This document shows, one piece after another, positions 17,547-25,435 of a stretch of 64,000 nucleotides of DNA. Within the stretch, counting starts at the first letter, position 1; every line of letters begins with the position of its first letter. Where the stretch lies: contig CAWDXG010000001.1 of NCBI GenBank assembly GCA_963806225.1, positions 64,001-128,000 on the forward strand, in the 5' to 3' direction. Below the pieces are notes generated by a model, which ran no database searches, was not told where the DNA came from, and saw only the letters and a list, made by a program, of their open reading frames with translations. The position numbers were made by a program, and so were the translations under genes. The DNA comes from an uncultured delta proteobacterium. Its GTDB lineage: Bacteria > Myxococcota_A > Polyangia > Polyangiales > Polyangiaceae.

Positions 17547-19348
17547 TGCCGGACCTGCTGGGCGCCTGGTCGCTTGCGGACCAGCCCGTCGGACGCCTGC
17601 TCGAAGCGGGAGCCAAGAGCCGCATGCGGGGCATGCTGTCCGGCGGCGAGGACAGCTTCGAGTCCAGACGGCTGTGGCTTGTCGCAGGCAGCATCGAGCG
17701 GGAGGAAGCCGGCGTTGTCGCGACGCAGGGCTTCGTGCCCCAAGGCGGCGACGAGGTCGACGGGCATTCGGTGACGGTCCGGGCCGAGGACAACGCGCTA
17801 TGCCTTTCGCGGAGCCTATCCGGCGGCGAGCGGCTGTACTTCACGCGGGTCGGCGCTCTGCTGCTGTTCGCCTCCTCGGTCCGGCTGCTGCTCGCGCATC
17901 CTTCGGTACCGCGCCGCATCGACACCGAGGTGCTCGACGAGGTGCTTCTGACGGGTTTGCCCATCTCCGGTGCGCGCACGCTGCACGCGGAGATCGAGGA
18001 GGTGTTGCCGGGATGCACGCTGCGCGTCGACGACGCCGTCCACGCGCAGCGCTTCGTGCACCCCGAGCTGCTCGAGCCGCCGGAGGGCTCGCCCGAGGAG
18101 CTCGGACGTCGCTTCCGTGAGGCGCTCACCGAGGCCGTCGCGCGCGCCGCCGGGCCCGACCGCCCCGTGTGCGTGGCGCTGTCCGGCGGCATCGATTCCT
18201 CGGCCATCGCGGCTGCCGCGGTGGACGCGTTTGGAGCCGATGGCGTCCGCGCCGTGACCTACGAGTTCGGCGATCCCGAGCATTCCACCGAACGCGAGTG
18301 GGCGACGAAGGTCGCCAGGCACCTCGGCATCGAGCGCCACCACTTCTTCGAGCTGTCGAAGGCGGACTACCTGGACGCCATCCCCGAGCACGTCTTCCGT
18401 TCGGAGAGCCTGTCGCACTGGCCCAAGGCGTTCATGCTGCTCGTCGCGCGCGAGGTGCGCGCCCTCGGCCATGACCGCTACCTCACCGGCTTCGGCATCG
18501 GGAGCCACATGGCGTATCTGTCGGAGCTGGCGCCGGCGCTCGAGCGCGCACCACGGCTCGTGACGCGGCCCTGGCGCGCGGCGCGTTTCGACCGGCGCGC
18601 CTGGCCGTTCCGCCTCGGCCGGGTGCATCCCGCGTTCGAGCCGCCGCATCCGCGGATCTACGCGCTGCTCGCGCGTCACCTCGAACACGCCGGCATCGTT
18701 CGCGAAGCCAAGGCGTTCTTTCCGGACAAGCTCTCGCCGCTCCTTTCGCACCGCCCGGACCTGTCTCTGCTTGAACCGGAGATCGCCGCGCTTCCCCTCC
18801 GCGAGCGGCTGCTGCGCGCGGCGTTCGTTCATCTTGTTTCCTGCGTCGACGTGACCCGTTCGGAGAAGGCGTCGCGGGAGCGCGGCGTGCTGCGCATCTC
18901 GCCCGCGCACTTCGCCAGTTGTCTGCCGTACGCGTACCTGCCGATCACGCCGACGCCGCGCCTGTACAGCGCGGAGCGCGCTCAGAGGCCGGGCAAGCTG
19001 CTCCTGCAGCAGGGCTTCCGGGGCGCGATACCCGACGAGGTGCTGTTTCGCGTGAAGTCCTGGGCGGACGCGGTTGCCTCGGACGACTGGCTCAAGGACG
19101 GACGGCGCCGCATGCTCTCCGTCTTGCCGTCGTTTCCCTTCGACATGGACCGGCACGGCCCCGGATATCCGGGGGTCGTCCAGAAGTGGGAGGCGAGCTC
19201 GCTCCTGGCCACGTGCCTGGCGTTCCGGCTCTGGGAGCGGATGTTTGTCGAGATGCCGCCGCGGCGCGAGGCGCCGACCTGGATGGAGCTCTGGGAAGGA
19301 GCGCACCCGTCGGCGCGGGAGGCGCCGGCGTTGAGGGCGAGCGCATGA
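17546..19348 (+). CDS. Asparagine synthase-related protein (degenerate Ntn amidotransferase + PP-loop ATP pyrophosphatase)
   Basis: 'LSGGIDSS' PP-loop, 'GERLYF..LLFASS', 'GKLLL..F.G.IPDEVL.R.K'. TGATG overlap with the previous gene. Confidence 0.8.
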   Translation: MPDLLGAWSLADQPVGRLLEAGAKSRMRGMLSGGEDSFESRRLWLVAGSIEREEAGVVATQGFVPQGGDEVDGHSVTVRAEDNALCLSRSLSGGERLYFTRVGALLLFASSVRLLLAHPSVPRRIDTEVLDEVLLTGLPISGARTLHAEIEEVLPGCTLRVDDAVHAQRFVHPELLEPPEGSPEELGRRFREALTEAVARAAGPDRPVCVALSGGIDSSAIAAAAVDAFGADGVRAVTYEFGDPEHSTEREWATKVARHLGIERHHFFELSKADYLDAIPEHVFRSESLSHWPKAFMLLVAREVRALGHDRYLTGFGIGSHMAYLSELAPALERAPRLVTRPWRAARFDRRAWPFRLGRVHPAFEPPHPRIYALLARHLEHAGIVREAKAFFPDKLSPLLSHRPDLSLLEPEIAALPLRERLLRAAFVHLVSCVDVTRSEKASRERGVLRISPAHFASCLPYAYLPITPTPRLYSAERAQRPGKLLLQQGFRGAIPDEVLFRVKSWADAVASDDWLKDGRRRMLSVLPSFPFDMDRHGPGYPGVVQKWEASSLLATCLAFRLWERMFVEMPPRREAPTWMELWEGAHPSAREAPALRASA

Positions 19349-19423
19349 CGACCCCGACAGAACCGGGAGACTGGTCGAGATCGACCAGGACCAGAGCGGA
19401 CGACGCATCATGTTCCGTGGGGA

Positions 19424-19642
19424 TTTTTTACAGGAAGATCGGAAGATCGGAAGGTTTCTGGGGTCGAGGGCTGGTTCGCCTGACACTGCCAATCCAGGGG
19501 CCCGCACCCTCTACACGCGGGCGACCCGTGCGGCGCCGCCAACTCTCTGGACGAGCCGCACGGCTCGCCCCACCCCTCGACCCAAAAGAGAAAGCCGTCC
19601 CGTGATCCGTGAAGAGCTCCTTCCGCCCTTCCGATCTTCCTG
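19424..19642. repeat. Inverted-repeat (REP/MITE-like) element whose right arm is split by the intron
   Basis: Left arm TTTTTTACAGGAAGATCGGAAG. Right arm CTTCCGATCTTCCTG|TGAAAAA, completed at 20671-20677. Confidence 0.7.
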
Positions 19643-20670
19643 GTGCGCCAGCCCAAGTCCAGCCGAGGAGGATGCCATGCGTTGAAACCTTGGAGTGAAA
19701 CCCCGCGGGTGGAAACCCCGTCCGGCCAAGGCCGAGCGTACGCGCGAGGTACATCCGGAAGCGAGTCTTGCGCTGGAGGGGCGACCCGAAGGCGAAGCGT
19801 AGACAGCGAGTGCGTGGGCCGTGTGATTGAGCCGCGTAAAGAAACCGTTCGAGGCCGACACCGTCAGGAAGGTGGAAGGCAACACCAGACCAAAGGCTGG
19901 CTCGAACCGAGGTCAGAGAGCAGGGCACGTGCACAGAAGGGATTCCTGGAAAGCTGGGAGATCTCGTCGGTGCCGTCTGTTGGGCGGTACGGCGTCGATA
20001 AGGAAACGAAGCGGCGCAGAGGCCGGCGAGAAGTCGGAGCATCCTGATAGTAGTGATGACGAAGGGGAACCTGTCCGATGGGACCCTTCCGAGCGAAGCG
20101 GGATGCCGGAACACGGAACTGTTCGGATGAAAGAGAGCCGGGATGTCACGCTCGGAAACTGTCTCAACGAAATACGAACGGATAGCGGAACTGGCGAAGC
20201 GAATGCCGGACGCAGCGCTGTGGTCGCTGTCGCATCACATGGACGAGGAGTGGCTGCACGAAGCCTATCAGCGCACCCGCAAGGACGGCGCGACTGGAGT
20301 CGACGGATGCAGCGCGGATGAATATGGCGAGGAACTCGAGGCGAACCTCGAGACCCTGGTCAACCGCGCGCACTCTGGCGAATACCGGGCGCCACCCGTC
20401 CGGCGGGTGTACATCCCGAAAGGCAACGGGCAGACCCGGCCGCTGGGCATCCCAACCTTCGAGGACAAGGTGCTCCAGCGGGCGGTAGCCATGCTTCTAG
20501 AAACCGTGTACGAGCAGGACTTTCTGGACTGCTCGTATGGGTTTCGACCAGGGCGGAGTGCCCACCAAGCCCTGGGCAAGCTACGCGACACTCTGATGGA
20601 AATGCGCGACGGATGGGTGCTGGAAGTCGATATAGGGGGGCCCGGGCGGCAACGCCCGGGCCTACCCGAC
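19643..20670 (+). mobile_element. Group II intron, internally deleted
   Basis: 5' GTGCG at 19643. 3' domain VI hairpin CCCGGGCG-GCAA-CGCCCGGG followed by CCTACCCGAC. Contains a truncated RT ORF. Confidence 0.85.
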
Positions 20671-20673
20671 TGA
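20143..20673 (+). pseudogene. ltrA: Group II intron reverse transcriptase/maturase, truncated after RT domain 3
   Basis: 'GATGVDG', '[23 protein letters not shown]', '[13 protein letters not shown]', 'WVLEVDI'. No YADD motif. Confidence 0.9.
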
Positions 20674-20677
20674 AAAA

Positions 20678-21685
20678 ATGAAGATGCTAGCCCGTCGCTG
20701 TCCCCGGATCCTGGCCGGTGCGTGGGTGCTCCTTGCCGCGGCGCTGGCTGTCGCCTGCCATCGCGATCAAGGTGCGGGCCGCGCGCCGCTTGCGCTGGGC
20801 ATCGCGATCCCGTCGTACGTCCACGCGGTGGCGTGGATCGCTCACGACCACGGAGAGCTCGCGCGGGAAGGGCTCGACGCAAAGGTGCAGGTGCTCGGCG
20901 GCTCGGCCGCCACGATGCGATCGCTCGTCGCCGGCAGTACCGATATCGCGATCGCGGGCGGCGACGCCGTGCTGCGCGCGGATGCGGCGGGCGCCGATCT
21001 CGTGGTCGTCGCGGGGCTCGTGGACCGCTTCTACCACCGCATCGTAGCGCGCCGGCCCATCGACAAGGTCGAGGCGCTCAAGGGCAAGCGCGTCGGTCTG
21101 CCGTTCCTGGGCGGGCCGCAGTACATGGCGATGCGCTTCGCGCTGCGCCGCGCGGGCCTCGTGGAAGGCAAGGACGTCAAGGTGCTGAGCATGGGGCGCG
21201 AGTTCGATCGCATGGCCGCGCTCAAGCGCGGGGACATCGACGCGACCACGTCGCAGACGCCTCCCGCAAAGCTCGCCGAGCTCGGCCTGAACGTGATCGC
21301 GGATCTGCCGGACGAGAACGTGCCGTTCCCGTATGCGGTCGTGGTCGCGCGCCGCGACTACGTCCAGAAGCACCCCGACCGCGTGCGCGGGACCCTCGTT
21401 GCGCTGTGCGACGCGGCGCGCTTCTACCGCGCGAAGAAGGCGGCGAGCCTGGCCATCGTCGAGAAGCACATCTCGGGCTCGGACACGCACGCAGCCGCCA
21501 GGCGACGCTACGACACCATGGGGCCGAAGCGCATTACGCTGCCTCCCCGCCCCGACAAGGCGGCGTTCCGCACGGTGATCAATCTGGCCGGCGACGCGCG
21601 GGTGCGTGCGATGCAACCGGACAAGGTGTTCGACCTGGCGATCCTGGAGGATCTGATCCGCCACGGGAAATGTGGCGCGCCATGA
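20678..21685 (+). CDS. ABC transporter substrate-binding protein (SsuA/TauA/NMT1 type)
   Basis: Lipobox 'AVAC', 'LKGKRVG', 'AL.RGDIDA', first gene of an ABC operon. Confidence 0.88.
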   Translation: MKMLARRCPRILAGAWVLLAAALAVACHRDQGAGRAPLALGIAIPSYVHAVAWIAHDHGELAREGLDAKVQVLGGSAATMRSLVAGSTDIAIAGGDAVLRADAAGADLVVVAGLVDRFYHRIVARRPIDKVEALKGKRVGLPFLGGPQYMAMRFALRRAGLVEGKDVKVLSMGREFDRMAALKRGDIDATTSQTPPAKLAELGLNVIADLPDENVPFPYAVVVARRDYVQKHPDRVRGTLVALCDAARFYRAKKAASLAIVEKHISGSDTHAAARRRYDTMGPKRITLPPRPDKAAFRTVINLAGDARVRAMQPDKVFDLAILEDLIRHGKCGAP

Positions 21686-22458
21686 AGAAGCACCGTTGGT
21701 GGGTGTCGGGGCTCGCGGTGACGTTGTTTCTCGCGGCCTGGGAGCTCGCCGCGCGCGCGAGGATGATCGACCCGGTGCTGATCAGCGCGCCGTCGCGCAT
21801 TGCCCGCTCGGCGGCCCACCTCGCCGCCTCGGGGGCGCTCACCGGCGACGTCGGGTTCACACTGGAGTCGTTCGGCATCAGCCTTGCGATCGCGCTCGTC
21901 GGTGGAGTGCTGCTCGGCATGGCGATGGGCGCGAGCACTCTGGCCCACGACGTGTTCAATCCGTTCGTCTCGGGCGCCAGCTCGCTTCCGAAGATCGTGC
22001 TGATGCCGATTGTCGTCCTGTGGCTCGGCGTGGGGCTTGCGGCCAATGTCTTTCTCGGCGCGCTGATGGGCAGCTTCCCGATCCTCACCAGCGTGCGCGC
22101 CGGGGTGCAGAGCCTCGACCGTGACCTGGTGATGCTCGGTCGCGCCTACGGGGCCAGTCGCTGGATGCTGCTCCGGGCCATCGTGCTGCCGGCGGTGGCG
22201 CCGTTCGTTCTGTCGGGTCTCCGTGTCGCCGTGAGCTACGCGATGGTCGGCGTGCTGCTGGGCGAGTTCTTCGCGTCCAGTCACGGGCTCGGCTACCGCA
22301 TGGTGGTATTTACCGCGAACTTCCGCGTGGATGAGTTCTACGTGTGCGTACTCGTGGTGCTGGCGATCACGGCCGGCTGCACGGCGCTCGTGCACGCGCT
22401 GGAGCGGCGCTTCGAGGGCTGGCGGCCCGACGCGCTGGCGCAAACGCCGGGGATGTAG
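21682..22458 (+). CDS. ABC transporter permease (SsuC/TauC type)
   Basis: About 6 TM helices, EAA-like loop 'GRAYGASRW', 'GEFFAS..GLGY'. Confidence 0.9.
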   Translation: MKKHRWWVSGLAVTLFLAAWELAARARMIDPVLISAPSRIARSAAHLAASGALTGDVGFTLESFGISLAIALVGGVLLGMAMGASTLAHDVFNPFVSGASSLPKIVLMPIVVLWLGVGLAANVFLGALMGSFPILTSVRAGVQSLDRDLVMLGRAYGASRWMLLRAIVLPAVAPFVLSGLRVAVSYAMVGVLLGEFFASSHGLGYRMVVFTANFRVDEFYVCVLVVLAITAGCTALVHALERRFEGWRPDALAQTPGM

Positions 22459-22461
22459 GCG

Positions 22462-23232
22462 ATGCGCGTCGAAGGCCTGTGCGTGGACTATGGCGCGCTT
22501 TCCGTGCTCGACGGCATCGACCTCGAGGTGCGCGAGGGCGAGCTGCTGTCTCTGATCGGTCCGAGCGGCTGCGGCAAGACGACTTTCCTGCACGCGCTCG
22601 CGGGGCTCGTTGCCCCGCGCTCCGGCAGCATCGATCACGGCGGCCAGCGGCACGCGATGGTGTTCCAGCGGCCGAACCTCCTGCCGTGGCGCACCGTGCT
22701 GGACAACGCCACTTTCGGCCTCGCGTGCCGGGGTGCTGTCGGCGCGGCAGAGCGTGCTCGCGCCGCGGCGCTGCTCGAGTCGATGGGCCTCGGCGATCAC
22801 CTGGCCGATCGCCCCCACGAGCTCTCGCAGGGCATGCAGCAGCGAGTGAACCTCGCGCGCGCGCTGCTCGTGGAGCCGGACATCCTGCTGCTGGACGAGC
22901 CGTTCGCCGCGCTCGATCCGATCACGCGCCGCGGGCTGTGGGACGAGCTGCTGGCACGGGTGGCCGAGCGCGGGCTCACCGCCATCCTCGTTTCGCATTC
23001 ACTGGAAGAGGTCGCGACGCTCTCCGACCGCGTGGTCGTGCTCAGCGACAAGCCGGCCCGCGTGAAGGCCGTGCTCGACGTCGAGCTGCCGCGACCGCGC
23101 GCGGCCGACGCGGCCGGACGCGTCGAGCGGGAGGAGGTCGAAGCGCGGCTCGACGCGCTGCTGTCGGAAGGCCGTCAGAGCCGGTCGACCGCGTCCGTCA
23201 GCGCGGACAGCGACGCCAGCGCGGCGCAGTAG
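22462..23232 (+). CDS. ABC transporter ATP-binding protein
   Basis: Walker A GPSGCGKT, signature LSQGMQQR, Walker B LLLDEPF. Confidence 0.95.
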   Translation: MRVEGLCVDYGALSVLDGIDLEVREGELLSLIGPSGCGKTTFLHALAGLVAPRSGSIDHGGQRHAMVFQRPNLLPWRTVLDNATFGLACRGAVGAAERARAAALLESMGLGDHLADRPHELSQGMQQRVNLARALLVEPDILLLDEPFAALDPITRRGLWDELLARVAERGLTAILVSHSLEEVATLSDRVVVLSDKPARVKAVLDVELPRPRAADAAGRVEREEVEARLDALLSEGRQSRSTASVSADSDASAAQ

Positions 23233-23888
23233 AGCCCGACCAGTGCGTCGTGCTGCAGGGCCTCCTCGAATCCGGCGAAGCGGCGCAGCCGGTGCCACAC
23301 GTCGCGCTCGCCAGGTAAGAGCCTTGCAAGCACGGTCTCCACGGTTGTCTCGACGTTCGGCGGCTGGGGCAGCTCGATCCCGACGACCAGCGCGATCGCC
23401 CGCAGCAGGTACACCGCCTTGCGCACGCTGCGGCGGAGCTCCACCGCTAGCCGCTGGTCGCCGACTGCGTCGAGGTACGACTGCAGGAGGTCGCGGCGCA
23501 GGACCCTGAGGCTCTGCTCCGCTCTGAGCCTGAGCTGCGACCGGTCGACCGCGAGATCGGCCAGCACGTCCCTGCCCGAGAGCAGCGCTTTCGTGTCGAG
23601 CAGCTCGAGCACGAAGATCGGGAACACGTCGGCGCCCCGCACGATGTCGTTGGTCGTCTCGATGCGCATGCCGATGCGCCGCTCGCGCGCCTCGACAGCC
23701 AACGCGCACGCGGCGTCCAGCAGCGGCCTGTCCATGGCCTGCACCAGCACCAGCAGGTTCGCGTCCGGAGCCTTCTCTCCGCGCCCGAACTCCGATCCGA
23801 ACGCGTAGATCGCATCGAGCCGTCCTCCGAGCACTGCCTCCGCGCGCGCTACGAAAGTCTTCACCGGGCTCTGTGCGTCGTCGGCCAT
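23175..23888 (-). CDS. Nucleotidyltransferase-like hypothetical protein
   Basis: 'AIYAFGS....DANLLVLV' and 'DVFPI..LE....L.GRD'. Confidence 0.65.
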   Translation of the reverse strand: MADDAQSPVKTFVARAEAVLGGRLDAIYAFGSEFGRGEKAPDANLLVLVQAMDRPLLDAACALAVEARERRIGMRIETTNDIVRGADVFPIFVLELLDTKALLSGRDVLADLAVDRSQLRLRAEQSLRVLRRDLLQSYLDAVGDQRLAVELRRSVRKAVYLLRAIALVVGIELPQPPNVETTVETVLARLLPGERDVWHRLRRFAGFEEALQHDALVGLYCAALASLSALTDAVDRL

Positions 23889-24291
23889 CGGCCGAGGAGT
23901 ACCACAGTTGCCTGTTCGCTCGTAGCCACCGAGCCGGGCTGGATCATGTGACGGCCGCTCAGCGCGGCCGTCCCTGTGCGACCCAGCTCGCCGCGACCTG
24001 GATGTCCCCGGACGACAGTGCGGGCAGTCCGAGCGGCATCCCGCGCAGAGCGGGGTCGTCGTGGCCCGCTTCCTCGCGCTGGCGCCAGTAGCCGCCATGG
24101 CCCCGGCTCGCTCACCAGCGCTCGGCTTGCTCCGGAACGACTACGCAGTGCTGCTTTCTCCCTGGCTGTTCTGCCCGGCGGTACATTCCGGAAGGCTCGC
24201 CGGCCCTCAGGGAAGTCGCACACCTGGTCGGGCTGTCCGTTCGCTACATTCCAATTGACGCCCATGCGCGACCGACCGACCCTCGGAGGCC

Positions 24292-24813
24292 ATGGCAACT
24301 ATTGACCGAAGAGCCTTTCTGGGAGGGGCGGCGGCTGTCGGCGGGGCGATGGCTACGGCCATGCTGCTCCCAGCAGGTGCACCCGCGCTGCGGCGTTCCC
24401 CGACGGCAGGCCGCGTGTCGCGAGCGGATCGGCGCGTCGCTACGCTGGTCGATCTCAGTCGCGATTCGACCGGACGGCCCCACGTAGCCGAGGCCGCATT
24501 CTTGTCGGCGACCAGTGCACGAGGCTCCCTCGCGATCTCGCCCCAGGAGCAGGCCGATTTGTTTCGCGCGTTCGATGCGCGGGACTTCGCGGCCCTTCGC
24601 GAGCGAGGTCTGCGCGTAGGTGGGCGCAAGTTCGTGTTCGTTCGTGAAGCGGAAGCGGGTACCGCGTTTCACGCTGTACGTAGCGGAGAGCTCGTCGTTG
24701 TGCGGGCTAGCGGCAAGGAGCTGATTGTCGCCACCAGCAGGAGCGGCATGGCACAGGGTCGGGCTGTGGAAGCCGTCTACCAATACGCGCAGCGAACCGC
24801 CGGCATCGCTTGA
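24292..24813 (+). CDS. Tat-signal profilin-like protein
   Basis: GGAGG RBS at 24285. Twin-arginine motif 'DRRAFLGG' plus h-region. Mature part follows the profilin pattern 'ISPQE..LFRAFD...GLRVGGRKFVFVR...LVVVRAS..LIVA...GMAQG.A.EAV..YA'. Confidence 0.75.
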   Translation: MATIDRRAFLGGAAAVGGAMATAMLLPAGAPALRRSPTAGRVSRADRRVATLVDLSRDSTGRPHVAEAAFLSATSARGSLAISPQEQADLFRAFDARDFAALRERGLRVGGRKFVFVREAEAGTAFHAVRSGELVVVRASGKELIVATSRSGMAQGRAVEAVYQYAQRTAGIA

Positions 24814-24829
24814 TGGAGCCCAGCACCAA

Positions 24830-25399
24830 ATGTCGAAGCTGATCCGGAATCTGATGCGTAGAAAGGGTGCGCTGGTTGCGCTCCTCGGGCTGTTGCTCTC
24901 GCTGTCGCTTGCCCGGCGCGCCGCGGCCGCGGGCACGTGCGAGCAGGAAGTCATCAAGCAGTGCGTGGCCGTCACCTGCCCCGCGTTCTGCGCGAACGCG
25001 GGTTCGAACAAGGCCGCCTGCCGCGCTGGCTGCACCGCCAAAGCGCGCTGCAAGCTCTCGCTCTTCGGGGGCCACGACCGGAAGGACCAGGTCGCGCTCG
25101 AGACCGAGAATCGAGCCGAACTGATGGCTTGCCTGGCGGAGAACCGACACGCCATCGTCGTGTCGCGCGCTCTGGGCGCACCGAGACTGCCTGCGGCTCG
25201 CAAGGGGGTGAAGCGTGTGCGGACACCGAGCGTGAAGCCCACCAGAGGGCGCGTCAGCGGCACGCTGTCACGCCGCACTGTCTGGAAGTCGATCCTGACC
25301 CAGTCGTTCCGCCGTCACCGAGCCGGCAAGGTGCTCATCAAACACGTGATCGCGTTGAAGCCCCGAGCCCACGCTGCGCGCAAGCCGCGTCGGCGCTGA
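24830..25399 (+). CDS. Secreted Cys-rich protein with highly basic C-terminal half (unknown family)
   Basis: GGAG upstream, Sec-type signal ending 'AAA', 8 Cys, Arg/Lys-rich tail. Lies 16 bp after the profilin-like gene and 36 bp before actin. Confidence 0.7.
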   Translation: MSKLIRNLMRRKGALVALLGLLLSLSLARRAAAAGTCEQEVIKQCVAVTCPAFCANAGSNKAACRAGCTAKARCKLSLFGGHDRKDQVALETENRAELMACLAENRHAIVVSRALGAPRLPAARKGVKRVRTPSVKPTRGRVSGTLSRRTVWKSILTQSFRRHRAGKVLIKHVIALKPRAHAARKPRRR

Positions 25400-25435
25400 G
25401 CGCCATACACCGCCACAAGCGAGCTACGCAAAGCC

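Noticed and set aside
19345..19605. Short ORF after the AsnB-like gene as a lasso-peptide precursor
   Set aside because: It runs through the inverted-repeat element, lacks a convincing leader/core pattern, and no B protein or RRE is nearby.
20143..20673. RT as a retron, DGR or defence RT
   Set aside because: It has typical group II intron RT0-3 motifs and intron 5' and 3' ends.
23890..24290. Promoter or mobile-element boundary upstream of the actin operon
   Set aside because: A TTGACG at about 24255 has no matching -10 box. I saw no terminal repeats, tRNA or integrase flanking the operon.
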